A stretch of DNA of 64,000 bases from Thermodesulfobacteriota bacterium. GTDB lineage: Bacteria; Desulfobacterota; WTBG01; CAIYCZ01; CAIRTM01. Both the position numbers and the translations under genes were made by a program. The notes beneath the pieces are model-generated. The model saw nothing but the letters and a program-made list of their open reading frames with translations, was not told the origin of the DNA and did not search any database. The stretch lies in NCBI GenBank assembly GCA_028278025.1, contig JANQFE010000094.1, positions 5,484 through 69,483 of the forward strand. Direction: 5' to 3'. The stretch's first letter is position 1. Each line of letters opens with the position of its first letter. Positions 19,227 to 28,655 of the stretch are shown piece after piece.

Positions 19227-19631
19227 TTATAGGAGAAAGGAAGAGGTAAACAAAAAAAGGTGAGCATCTACAGAATAGAAATGTTTTACTGAAAATAAAT
19301 TTTGCGTTGATTGCTGATACTTGTTGTTATCATTACAGTTCCGTTTATAAAAGGAGAGCAATTCTTTTTGTACGGGTAACCGATTGCAGGTAAATAATTT
19401 ATAATACTCAATTGGTGCACTGATACTGCAAGTGCAGTGTCTGGCTTTTGAGATATCATCCGGTTCCAGCGGCAGTGCGTCTTCCCGGGTATTCTCTTTG
19501 CAGCCGCAACAGCACTCCATTTTCAAACAGCACGAACAGCTTGTCTGAACCTTCTGTGCCAGAACAGGCGTATGCCAGGCTACTAGCAAAATAATTATTA
19601 TCATTAAGGAAAATGTTTTACAGTTTCGCAT
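19227..19631 (-). CDS. hypothetical secreted Cys-rich protein
   Basis: ATG 19631 gives MRNCKTFSLMIIIILLVAWHTPVLAQ (signal peptide), then SCSCCLKMECCCGCKEN, with 8 Cys in 14 residues. Confidence 0.5.
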   Translation of the reverse strand: MRNCKTFSLMIIIILLVAWHTPVLAQKVQTSCSCCLKMECCCGCKENTREDALPLEPDDISKARHCTCSISAPIEYYKLFTCNRLPVQKELLSFYKRNCNDNNKYQQSTQNLFSVKHFYSVDAHLFLFTSSFLL

Positions 19632-19796
19632 GTCGTATGATGCTTGCAGCATAATATGTTGTTATTTCTTTACTTTACAATATATATTGTAGAACCTTTT
19701 ATCACAATGTCAAGAAGTATCAAAAACGTATCCTAATGGATCCTGCATTTTCATCTTTCGGACAAAGTCACATTATCATTACTTTTTTTAGATGTG

Positions 19797-20699
19797 TTAT
19801 GCAACAGCCCTTCCCAGGGCGATAAAAAGATGCCGCGTATTGACTCCCGGATCACTTTTCTCTTTGGCTATTGTCTCTGTAGAATCGATAATTTTTTGAA
19901 TCCTCGTTTGAGTCATATTTTTATTAAGAAGCAGTGCAGACAGTGCCTGAAGCGTGTGTTCACACCACAGGCTGTGGGTCATTTTATCGACCTGCTCAAC
20001 ACAGTTATTCAGATCTTTTTCTACGGCCTGCTCCTCACACTCAGCCCCAAATACCGGATCGCATTCCAGACAGGCTGCATAGTGAATCATAACGTCCCCG
20101 TCCTCCTTCGGTGTTTTATCTTCAAAAGGGCTATATTCAGGGTTTTTGGCCATTTCTGCTGCAGCAATGTCAATGATGGTTGTAGTTACCCCTTTAAGGC
20201 CCCCTTGTTTGGCCATCTTTTTGCGCAGTGCTTCCGGCCCGACAACCTCTTCACTTTTTGCAGAATTTTTGACGAGTTCTTCAGCCATGGCCTGTATCTT
20301 GAGAGCCGACTCAAGGGGGACAGTGCCGTCTGAAAGTGCCGAGCTTAAATTGAACCGGGCATGACAGCACCAGGGCACTGTCTCGGACTGCCGCAGTTTC
20401 TCACGATGCAAACCGCTCACATACTGATTGGCCTTACACATTTCGCGCAGATCCTTGTTGCACCGACGACACATGTTGATATACATTAACGCCCTTTCCG
20501 GTATCCAGCCCGTGTCGCGCTTCTTCTCAAAAGTAGCTATGGAATCTTTCTGAAACTGCTGTTCACCCGCTTCTTCGCGGTATTTGCTGATACAGGCCGA
20601 TGAACAGTACCTGCGCTCATTGAGCTCGATTGGGTAGTGGGTTGACTGCCCGCATATAACACATATATGCTGTTGGCCGTTTTTTGTATCAGTGCTCAT
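19797..20699 (-). CDS. TRASH/FCS-type zinc-ribbon protein with two CCH/CxH helical modules, paralog B
   Basis: N-terminus CVICG-x15-YCSSAC. Internal PWCCHARFNLSSALSDGTV and LWCEHTLQALSALLL. Collinear with the protein at 22318-23142. Confidence 0.6.
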   Translation of the reverse strand: MSTDTKNGQQHICVICGQSTHYPIELNERRYCSSACISKYREEAGEQQFQKDSIATFEKKRDTGWIPERALMYINMCRRCNKDLREMCKANQYVSGLHREKLRQSETVPWCCHARFNLSSALSDGTVPLESALKIQAMAEELVKNSAKSEEVVGPEALRKKMAKQGGLKGVTTTIIDIAAAEMAKNPEYSPFEDKTPKEDGDVMIHYAACLECDPVFGAECEEQAVEKDLNNCVEQVDKMTHSLWCEHTLQALSALLLNKNMTQTRIQKIIDSTETIAKEKSDPGVNTRHLFIALGRAVA

Positions 20700-20729
20700 G
20701 ACTTCTCCTCCCGTCTTACGCTTTACGTT

Positions 20730-20963
20730 TTACGCTTCACCTTCTATTCTGTATCCATGGGACTCAATGGCTCGTATAAATACGTCCCTCGAATAGTCTG
20801 CAGGAGAATACACTACGGTAACACTTTTACCAGCCAGACTTACCCGGTACTCTATACCATCAAACTTCCTGAATTCATTCTCGAGTGTACGCGCACAACC
20901 AACGCAGGTCATATTACCAATCACAAATGTTTCCTCAATTTTTTCTTCAGCCATCGTACTCAT
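20730..20963 (-). CDS. heavy-metal-associated (HMA) domain metallochaperone
   Basis: 77 aa with GNMTCVGCARTLE (MxCxxC) and a ferredoxin-like fold pattern. Confidence 0.85.
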   Translation of the reverse strand: MSTMAEEKIEETFVIGNMTCVGCARTLENEFRKFDGIEYRVSLAGKSVTVVYSPADYSRDVFIRAIESHGYRIEGEA

Positions 20964-20977
20964 ACCCCCTTACTATC

Positions 20978-21379
20978 TTACCCTTCTACACCACAGAGGA
21001 CCTGATAATCATTTTGTATCCTTTCGATCGTGGCCTCACGCTGCATCCTGCTCCTGGTATTTAAGTACGTATCGCGCAGTTCTGTATCGGCAAGCACCTT
21101 TTCCAGTTCAGCAGCCAGATTGTTCGGGTTTTGAACCGGCACCAGGGAATCAACGGTTTTGAAAGCTTTTACCGAGGGATCATCAGGAGACAGTTGTTTA
21201 ACTTCAGTTGCACCGCCACAGGGGATGCAGCATGGTTTAAGATTCTTACATTCAGCGGCTTTACTGCCAACCACAAAAATAGTGCTTTCCTGAACCCGTA
21301 CAATAGTTGGAATAATCAGGTCAATAAACCAGCCGATCTCAAACATAAAATAATAGCCGTCTTCGATGCGGGCCATCAC
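20978..21379 (-). CDS. hypothetical protein with a KPCCIPCGG motif
   Basis: 133-aa ORF. AGGAG lies upstream of the ATG. Sits inside a co-directional operon. No family recognised. Confidence 0.5.
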   Translation of the reverse strand: MMARIEDGYYFMFEIGWFIDLIIPTIVRVQESTIFVVGSKAAECKNLKPCCIPCGGATEVKQLSPDDPSVKAFKTVDSLVPVQNPNNLAAELEKVLADTELRDTYLNTRSRMQREATIERIQNDYQVLCGVEG

Positions 21380-21391
21380 CTGCTCCTGAGT

Positions 21392-22294
21392 CTACAGTTT
21401 CCCAACATTTTTCAGGTGCTCAAAGATAGGATTGATACCGGTTCGGTTGATCACAAAATTAAAATGGTCTTCATGCCGGTCGCTCCATTCCTTTTTAATC
21501 AGGTCAACACAGGCTTCCAGGATGGGAAAAATCGTGTCAGTATCGGTTATTTTATAAAGTTCTCTACCGTATTGCGCAAAACGACCAAAGGTCCCGCCCA
21601 CCATAATCCGACAGCCCTTTTCCGCAGCAGCAAGGGTACCCGTTGGGCACACCCTGATACAATCACCGCAGACCTTGCAGTAATCTTCGTTAATGACCGG
21701 CTGACCGTCTTGCAGGCTGACAACGCGGTCAAGGCAGGTCTTAACACAGCTTTCACACTGAATGCATTCTTCGTCAGTAACCACCGGTTTGGCAGTCCCA
21801 TGAATACCTACTTCCTTTGATTCGGATGCCGTACAGATATTTGAACACCCCGAGATGGAAACAGTGAAGGTGCTGTGAGGCATGAGCACTTCAGCGGATT
21901 TATCTGCTAAAATCTCGGTTATTTTAAGCTCTTCCATCTTCTGTTTGATCTTTGGGCCCAGCTCCCTGACATTAATCAGGTCGCGGTCACATCCGAAAAA
22001 ACGCGAATGACACAGTTCAATCGTGTAAAGCGCCGGGTCCTTGTTGAGCCCGATCTCGGGGTCAAGCTCTGTGTCGGATTTGCCCTCTTCGCGGGTGGCC
22101 TGAATCTTGGCAATCTTTTCCGGGCCGAAATGTTCAAAATAGTCATCCCTGGTCTGCATCATTTCTTTCATAGTCACCATTTCACTGTTGTTTTGACGGG
22201 CCAGTTTTTCAGCCCATATGATAATCAAATTTTTTATTATGTCATGGATTGGAATGCTGTCCACAATATCTCTGGCATCTTGTTCCCATTTCAT
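21392..22294 (-). CDS. small Dsr/Asr-like Fe-S protein with an N-terminal PCP_red-like helical domain
   Basis: ATG 22294 lies 7 nt after AGGAG. N-terminus WEQDARDIVDSIPIHDIIKNL..AEKLARQ. SISGCSNICTAS, then CIQCESCVKTC and CKVCGDCIRVCP (ferredoxin insert), then VGGTFG, as in sulfite-reductase C-terminal modules. Confidence 0.6.
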   Translation of the reverse strand: MKWEQDARDIVDSIPIHDIIKNLIIIWAEKLARQNNSEMVTMKEMMQTRDDYFEHFGPEKIAKIQATREEGKSDTELDPEIGLNKDPALYTIELCHSRFFGCDRDLINVRELGPKIKQKMEELKITEILADKSAEVLMPHSTFTVSISGCSNICTASESKEVGIHGTAKPVVTDEECIQCESCVKTCLDRVVSLQDGQPVINEDYCKVCGDCIRVCPTGTLAAAEKGCRIMVGGTFGRFAQYGRELYKITDTDTIFPILEACVDLIKKEWSDRHEDHFNFVINRTGINPIFEHLKNVGKL

Positions 22295-22317
22295 ATGCAA
22301 ACTCCTGTAAATTATTT

Positions 22318-23142
22318 TTATTTTTTTACGGAACGTGCAGTAGCCAGATAGTGAATCCGATACTGTCCGCCTTTGAAGTTTTTCTCTCGTGCTACTTTTT
22401 TGCTTTTTTCAATAAGTTTTTTAACTTTTTCTTTGTCAACCTTGGGGTCCAGCAGCATGGCGGCCATGTCATACTTGGCGTGCCCGCAATAGGGAAAATC
22501 AAGCATCTGCTCAATCTCTGGCAAATGTGCTTCAGCCTCTTCAGTGAACTTCAAACATTCATCCTGGAATTTCTTATCACAATTCACACAGGCCAGATAA
22601 TGTTCATGCTCCTGTTTAGGCGGGTCCGGCCTGTTCTCCGGCCCCGGCAAATAGCTGAAATCCTCAATAAGCTCCCCCTCGGCCATTGAGAGCACCGCCG
22701 GACTTATGCCCTTGTAGCCTTTCTCCCGTGAAATATTCTCGGCGCGCGCCATGATTTTTTTTACGGTACCCATACTCACTGACCCGTCGGACAGCATACA
22801 GCTCAAGCCGAAGATGGCATGACAGCACCAGCGCATGGTTATATACTCATGCAGCTCTTCAAAATAAGCGCCGCAGAACTCCCGCACCTTGCGGCATTTC
22901 AGTGGAAAAGGGCATTTCATACAGGTGTTCATAAACCGCCCGATAACATCACCCAGCTCATTAAAATCTATTTTTTCCATATCAAGATTTTCCATACGCT
23001 CCCGGTTGACTTCAGCACAGTAAATTGAACAATACAGATTGCCCATCCGCTTAATGGGTTTTTTAGTAATAACGCCGTTGCAGACAGCACAACGCTGCTC
23101 GTCGTGGTTTAGCTGCTCTTTTTCTTGAGTTTGCTTAGTCAT
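22318..23142 (-). CDS. TRASH/FCS-type zinc-ribbon protein with two CCH/CxH helical modules, paralog A
   Basis: N-terminus CAVCNG-x16-YCSIYC. Internal RWCCHAIFGLSCMLSDGSV and YCGHAKYDMAAMLLD. First gene of the operon divergent from csoR. Confidence 0.6.
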   Translation of the reverse strand: MTKQTQEKEQLNHDEQRCAVCNGVITKKPIKRMGNLYCSIYCAEVNRERMENLDMEKIDFNELGDVIGRFMNTCMKCPFPLKCRKVREFCGAYFEELHEYITMRWCCHAIFGLSCMLSDGSVSMGTVKKIMARAENISREKGYKGISPAVLSMAEGELIEDFSYLPGPENRPDPPKQEHEHYLACVNCDKKFQDECLKFTEEAEAHLPEIEQMLDFPYCGHAKYDMAAMLLDPKVDKEKVKKLIEKSKKVAREKNFKGGQYRIHYLATARSVKK

Positions 23143-23174
23143 GCTGATAAGACCTTCCTTTACAATTTCTCAAG

Positions 23175-23203
23175 TTGACAGATATATGATTTTGATTTAT
23201 AGT
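23175..23203 (+). promoter_or_regulatory. sigma70-type promoter of csoR-copZ-copA
   Basis: TTGACA (23175-23180), a 17-nt spacer, then TATAGT (23198-23203). Confidence 0.6.
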
Positions 23204-23231
23204 ATACATATACTATACCCCTGTAGGGTAT
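23201..23231. promoter_or_regulatory. CsoR-type operator (ATACCC-N5-GGGTAT) plus an adjacent AGTATA-CA-TATACT palindrome
   Basis: ATACCC at 23215-23220 and GGGTAT at 23226-23231 form an inverted repeat just downstream of the -10 box. A second perfect palindrome at 23201-23214 overlaps the -10 box. Confidence 0.6.
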
Positions 23232-23253
23232 GTCAAGAGCTGAAGGAGGAAAA

Positions 23254-23535
23254 ATGATTAACGAGGCGGTTAAAAAAGATGCCCTGTCGAGGCTTAAAAA
23301 AATTGAAGGACAGGTCCGCGGTATCATGAAAATGATAGATGCCGAAAAGTACTGTATTGACATCATAAATCAGATTACCGCGGCGGAAAAGGCCCTTGAC
23401 GGTGTAGCAAAAATTGTGATGAAGCGTCATGTTGAAAGCTGTGTGAGCAATTCAATCAGGCAGGGTGAAGGCCAGGATAAAATTGATGAGCTTATAGAAA
23501 CGGTTTTTAAGGTTTCTAACAGACGCAAAGGTTAG
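23254..23535 (+). CDS. csoR: CsoR-family copper-sensing transcriptional repressor
   Basis: ATG 23254 follows GGAGGA. RLKKIEGQVRGI, YCIDI (Cys) and RHVESC (His, Cys) give the C-H-C ligand pattern of CsoR/DUF156. Confidence 0.85.
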   Translation: MINEAVKKDALSRLKKIEGQVRGIMKMIDAEKYCIDIINQITAAEKALDGVAKIVMKRHVESCVSNSIRQGEGQDKIDELIETVFKVSNRRKG

Positions 23536-23574
23536 CAATGCAGCACATTGCACATACTAGTGAAAGGAGCAAAG

Positions 23575-23787
23575 ATGCAAAAAACATTAAGCGTGGACGG
23601 TATGACCTGCGAACACTGTGTCAAGCGAGTTAAAAAAATTATCGAAAAATTTGACGGGGTGTCTGATGTAACCGTCAGCCTGGACGCCAAAGAGGCTGCT
23701 TTTGCCTGTGATCCGGCCCAAACAGATGTTGGTGTGGTTGTACAGGCAATTAATGATTTTGGGTATGCCGCGGTAGAAAAAACGTAA
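23575..23787 (+). CDS. copZ: copper chaperone, HMA domain
   Basis: ATG 23575 follows AAAGGAG. Contains GMTCEHCVKRV. Confidence 0.85.
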   Translation: MQKTLSVDGMTCEHCVKRVKKIIEKFDGVSDVTVSLDAKEAAFACDPAQTDVGVVVQAINDFGYAAVEKT

Positions 23788-23934
23788 TTATATGTTAGTT
23801 GTTAGTGGTCAGTTGACTATTCTATTCGAAACCGATGCTTCTATCACACACAACGAACTACGGACAACAACAACTGACATCATCTTTTTTCTTATTCAAC
23901 ATTAATTATTACTTTAGATTTTTATTATAAACAT

Positions 23935-26637
23935 ATGCAGCAAACAAAAACCATCCCTGTCTACGGCATGACCTGCGGCCACTGCGTCAAAGCCGTTACC
24001 ATGGCGCTTGAGGATATCGAAGGGGTTAATGAGACCACCGTCTCGCTTGATGAATCTTGTGCTACGGTAACATTTGACGACAGCAAAACAGACCTTGATG
24101 CCCTCAGGGATGCAATTGCTGAAGAGGGCTACAGCTTTGAACCCCGGGATCAAAACACAGAACCATGTGCAACTATGCAGACAGAAGAAGCTGCACTGAC
24201 GGTGCTTCCTGCTGCAACAACTGTTTCCCGCTTTTCCATAGAGGGAATGTCCTGTGTTAACTGTGCTGCTGCCATAGAGAAGGGGTTTACAGACGTTCCG
24301 GGCATAGGAAAAGCCTCCGTCAATTTCCCCCTAGAGTGCCTGGTTGTTGAGCATGATAGTTCCGTAACACCTGAAGACATCTGCAATAAAGTGGCCGATA
24401 TCGGCTATGAAGCCTCAGCGATAGAAGAACAGGAAGAGGACTCAATTGCCTTTAGGATCGAAGGCATGTCATGCGTTAACTGTGCTGCTTCTATTGAAAA
24501 GGCCTTTGCCAAAGCTCCCGGTATAAAAAACGTCTCTATAAATTTTTCCCTGGAAAAAGGTTTTATCACGTTTGACAGGTCCACAACCGACAAGCAGGCG
24601 GTTTTGCATGTGGTAAGCGATGCAGGGTATGTGGCTTTTGAAGAAAAAGAAGAAAAGGCAAAATCTCCACTTGCAAAAAAGGAACGTTTCCGGTTTCTGT
24701 TTGCACTTATTTGTACGATCCCGCTGGTTCTGTTAATGTATACAATGCCCTTTGGACATGTGGGGACCAACTATGCAATGTTTGTGCTGGCTACGCTTGT
24801 TCAGTTTGTTTCCGGACGCTCTTTCTATGAAGGAGCCTATCACTCACTAAAAAACCGTTCAACCAATATGGACGTACTCATCTCCCTGGGAATCTCGGCT
24901 GCTTACTTTTACAGCGTTTTTTCTCTGTTCTTTCTGGATCCCCATGCCCATACCTTCTTTGACAGCTCAGCCATGCTGATTACGTTTATCCTGGTGGGTA
25001 AAATGCTTGAGGCTCGGGCTAAAGGCAAAACCGGCCAAGCCCTTGAAAAAATGTTGTCGCTGCAGGCTGACCGGGCCAGAATCCTGCAGGACGGCACAGA
25101 GCTGATGGTGCCGGCTTCCTCAGTGAAGGTCGGTGACCTGGTTCTGGTACGACCCGGTGAAAAGATACCGGTTGATGGTGAAATTGTTGACGGCACAACA
25201 GCAGTTGATGAATCCATGCTGACCGGAGAGTCGATACCGGTTGAGAAGCAGGCCGGTGCACAGGTTACGGGCGCTACCATTAATACAACCGGTGCAATTA
25301 CCGTCAGAACCGGCCGGGTGGGAAAAGATACGGTGCTTGCCCAGATCATAAAGATGGTTGAAGATGCCCAGGCAGACAAAGCACCCATACAGCGGCTTGC
25401 AGATATTGTCTCCAACTACTTTGTACCGATTGTCGTAACAGTTGCCCTTGTTACGTTCAGCCTGTGGTTTTTTGTTTTTGACGTTACCCCTCCGGCAGGC
25501 TCTACCCGCTTTTTGTTTGCCTTTCAGCTCATGATTGCAGTGCTGGTAATTGCCTGCCCCTGTGCCCTGGGCCTTGCCACTCCCACGGCTATTATGGTAG
25601 GCAGCGGCGTAGGTCTAAACCGCGGTATTCTGTTTAAACGCGCCTCTGTTCTTGAAAATATTTCCAAACTGGAAGTTATATTGTTTGACAAAACCGGCAC
25701 GATTACAGTCGGCAGGCCGGAAGTTGTAGGTGTTTACCCCTATGAAAATTATTCGGAAGATGAAGTGCTCAAAATTGCAGCAGGCGCAGAGGCTCATTCT
25801 ACCCATCCCCTGGCTCAAGCCGTCGTAAGGAAAGCCGGTGTAAAAAATCTTTCCATAGAAAAAGGCCGTGATGTGCATGAGGTCAGCGGTCATGGCATCC
25901 AGTGTGTTGTGCAGGGAGAGGTAATAAAAACAGGCAGTTTGAAGTATGTCAGTGAAAAACAAGATCCGCCCCCGGAGATTATAGACCTGGGCCGCAAACT
26001 TTCTGAAGAAGGCAAGACAACCATCTATGTCGCCCAGAACAATAGTATAATCGGTATACTTGCACTCTCTGATGTGATTAAAACAGATTCACAAGAGGCT
26101 GTCGGCAAGCTTCACCGGTTCGGTATTCGCACCGGCCTCATTTCAGGTGATAACCACGCGGTGGCCCGGACTGTTGCAGCCGAGGTGGGTATTGATGCGG
26201 TAGAGGCCGAGGTGCTGCCCGAGGACAAAATAGATAGTGTTAAGAAATGGCAGCAAAAGGGGTACCGGGTCGGTATGGTCGGGGACGGCATCAATGATGC
26301 ACCGGCACTGGCTCAGGCTGATATGGGCATTGCCATTGGTTCTGGAACTGATGTTGCTAAAGAAACCGGTGATGTGATTTTGGTAAAAAACAGTCTGTTG
26401 GATGTGGAGCGGGCCATACGCTTAGGGAAAAAGACCCTGCGAACCATTAAAGAGAATTTTTTCTGGGCATTTTTCTATAATATCCTTATGATTCCGGTTG
26501 CTGCAGGTGCTTTATATCCTGTTACTGGTTTGACCTTAAAACCTGAGTGGGCCTGTATTGCCATGTGGTTTTCATCTCTAACAGTAGTTGGTAATTCCCT
26601 TTTGCTGAGGCGGTTTGGCAGAAAACTTGCTGAATGA
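23935..26637 (+). CDS. copA: copper-translocating P1B-type ATPase with three N-terminal HMA domains
   Basis: Three GMxCxxC domains (GMTCGHC, GMSCVNC twice), [29 protein letters not shown]. Confidence 0.95.
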   Translation: MQQTKTIPVYGMTCGHCVKAVTMALEDIEGVNETTVSLDESCATVTFDDSKTDLDALRDAIAEEGYSFEPRDQNTEPCATMQTEEAALTVLPAATTVSRFSIEGMSCVNCAAAIEKGFTDVPGIGKASVNFPLECLVVEHDSSVTPEDICNKVADIGYEASAIEEQEEDSIAFRIEGMSCVNCAASIEKAFAKAPGIKNVSINFSLEKGFITFDRSTTDKQAVLHVVSDAGYVAFEEKEEKAKSPLAKKERFRFLFALICTIPLVLLMYTMPFGHVGTNYAMFVLATLVQFVSGRSFYEGAYHSLKNRSTNMDVLISLGISAAYFYSVFSLFFLDPHAHTFFDSSAMLITFILVGKMLEARAKGKTGQALEKMLSLQADRARILQDGTELMVPASSVKVGDLVLVRPGEKIPVDGEIVDGTTAVDESMLTGESIPVEKQAGAQVTGATINTTGAITVRTGRVGKDTVLAQIIKMVEDAQADKAPIQRLADIVSNYFVPIVVTVALVTFSLWFFVFDVTPPAGSTRFLFAFQLMIAVLVIACPCALGLATPTAIMVGSGVGLNRGILFKRASVLENISKLEVILFDKTGTITVGRPEVVGVYPYENYSEDEVLKIAAGAEAHSTHPLAQAVVRKAGVKNLSIEKGRDVHEVSGHGIQCVVQGEVIKTGSLKYVSEKQDPPPEIIDLGRKLSEEGKTTIYVAQNNSIIGILALSDVIKTDSQEAVGKLHRFGIRTGLISGDNHAVARTVAAEVGIDAVEAEVLPEDKIDSVKKWQQKGYRVGMVGDGINDAPALAQADMGIAIGSGTDVAKETGDVILVKNSLLDVERAIRLGKKTLRTIKENFFWAFFYNILMIPVAAGALYPVTGLTLKPEWACIAMWFSSLTVVGNSLLLRRFGRKLAE

Positions 26638-26662
26638 CGGGACACAAAAAGAAAAGATTGTT

Positions 26663-27589
26663 TTACATCTTCTGCATTACCGATACACAATTTCCACCGG
26701 CAGATTTACTCTGATACATCAGCTCATCAGCCCTTTTAATAACTGATTCAACCGTATCCCCGGAATTCACGAGTGTTGCACCAATGGAAACAGTTATGTG
26801 AACATTTTTTGAATCAATAGCAAAACCGGATTCCCCTACAAGAATACAAAGCTTTTCTGCAATTGCGTGTAACTGATCTTGTTTCACATTTACCAAAACT
26901 GCTACAAATTCTTCACCACCCCACCGGTTTACCGTATCAAAGGAACGCACATTGTTTGACAATGTTTTGGCCACCATCTTAATTGCTTTATCGCCGATAG
27001 CATGACCAAAGGTATCATTGATTCTTTTAAAACCATCAATATCGATAAAAAGAATCCCAAAATTCCAGCCATACCGGTTCAGTTCATCAAGCCTTGAATT
27101 TATGGTTATTTCAGCGTAGCGCCTGTTGCCCAACTCAGTAAGAGGATCGTTTAAGGCCATTTCCTGCAATTCTTCGATCCTTTGCAGAATTGCAGTCTTT
27201 GCAGAGTTATCACTGAACACAACAACGGCTCCCAGGACTTTTCCCCGGGCATCTTTAACAGGTGCAAAATAGGATAATACCGGGATGCGGTGCCCATCTT
27301 TATGATGGATATACAGCTTTTTCTCCCGCTTTTTACCATCAGCGATGGTTTTCTCAGATGGACAAAAATGCTTACAAAGGTGCCGTCCCTTATCGTTTAC
27401 ATGCATAAGAATATTATCCTCACATGACTTACCCATAACTGCAGAGGATTTGTACCCGGTGAGTTTCTCGGCACCATTGTTCCAATAGGTAATCTTTTTA
27501 TTGCGGTCTACCAGATAGACCCCGTCATAGAGGTGGTCAAAAAGTCTTTTATAAAAATCATTATCAAATGCCGTAGGGTTTTCTGTCAT
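26663..27589 (-). CDS. PAS-domain diguanylate cyclase
   Basis: N-terminal PAS (ITYWNNGAEKLTGY) and C-terminal GGDEF domain with RWGGEEF. Confidence 0.85.
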   Translation of the reverse strand: MTENPTAFDNDFYKRLFDHLYDGVYLVDRNKKITYWNNGAEKLTGYKSSAVMGKSCEDNILMHVNDKGRHLCKHFCPSEKTIADGKKREKKLYIHHKDGHRIPVLSYFAPVKDARGKVLGAVVVFSDNSAKTAILQRIEELQEMALNDPLTELGNRRYAEITINSRLDELNRYGWNFGILFIDIDGFKRINDTFGHAIGDKAIKMVAKTLSNNVRSFDTVNRWGGEEFVAVLVNVKQDQLHAIAEKLCILVGESGFAIDSKNVHITVSIGATLVNSGDTVESVIKRADELMYQSKSAGGNCVSVMQKM

Positions 27590-27844
27590 TGTAGGAAACT
27601 CACGAAAAAAATTGTTAGAAAAACCTGCCCCTTATTATTAGAAACAGTATGAAAAAACAGCTTTAATGTCAATACAAAATTATTACAGGAGTTTCCCGGA
27701 TTAAAAAAAACTTTGCCGCTTGAGAATTCCTTGAAACACCTGACTTACATAGGCCTTAAAATTCACGAAAATATGTATCTACTGCCGCTCTTGTTTATGT
27801 TATAGTTTATTAATTGACTATAGCACTCAGAACCAATTTTGACC

Positions 27845-28477
27845 ATGTTCACACGCGAAAAAATAATAAAAGCACTCAATATCCCAGGCTTTGACAGTAT
27901 AGCTGCACAGCGCAAAATGGCCCCGATACCCCGCACCATAATACGCCCCCCAAAACAACCGGGGGAAGCCAGCATAGGCGCTGTTTTACTACTGCTGCTT
28001 CAAAAAGATGGTGCAGTTCATCTATTATTTACAAAAAGACAGGACCACCTGCCAAACCACCCCGGTCAGATCTCATTTCCGGGAGGCCGACGGGAGAAAA
28101 ACGAAGCACTGCAGGAAACCGCGCTGCGGGAAACCCGGGAAGAAATCGGTATCAGCTCTGATGACTTCAGTGTGCTGGGCCGGCTTAAGAACGTTTACAT
28201 ACCCCCGTCTGATTTTATCGTCCATCCCTTTGTTGCCTGGCATGCAGGCATCCCTGTTTACCGGCATGATCCCAAAGAGGTTGCTGAAATTATAGAGAAA
28301 AAACTTTCCTGCCTGTTTGATCCTGCAAACAGGGCCACTGAGGAAAGGCAAGGCACAGAAACAGATCGTATCGTGCCTTATGTTAAGATAGGTAGATATA
28401 AGGTCTGGGGGGCAACCGCCATGATCCTTAGTGAATTTTTGGAAAGATTGAAGGCAATAAAAAGTACTGAGTCCTGA
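27845..28477 (+). CDS. NUDIX hydrolase (CoA pyrophosphatase-like)
   Basis: Nudix box GGRREKNEALQETALRETREEIGI. Confidence 0.85.
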   Translation: MFTREKIIKALNIPGFDSIAAQRKMAPIPRTIIRPPKQPGEASIGAVLLLLLQKDGAVHLLFTKRQDHLPNHPGQISFPGGRREKNEALQETALRETREEIGISSDDFSVLGRLKNVYIPPSDFIVHPFVAWHAGIPVYRHDPKEVAEIIEKKLSCLFDPANRATEERQGTETDRIVPYVKIGRYKVWGATAMILSEFLERLKAIKSTES

Positions 28478-28655
28478 GCAATGAGTGCTGAGATAAATTT
28501 GTAAAATAGTCAGTTGTTAGTTGTCTATTGATTTTTCTATTCACGCATTACAAATTACTAATCACGCTATTTAACCTCGAACCCTCTAATTCTTTTTGCC
28601 TCTTTGCTATTCTCGGTCTTTTCACTAATAATGCAATGAGAATTTTTTTTAATTA

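Noticed and set aside
21380-21394. A possible read-through or recoding event between the Dsr-like gene and the 133-aa gene, which are in frame and 12 nt apart.
   Set aside because: The intervening stop is TAG, not TGA, and the downstream gene has its own AGGAG RBS and ATG. This is ordinary operon spacing.
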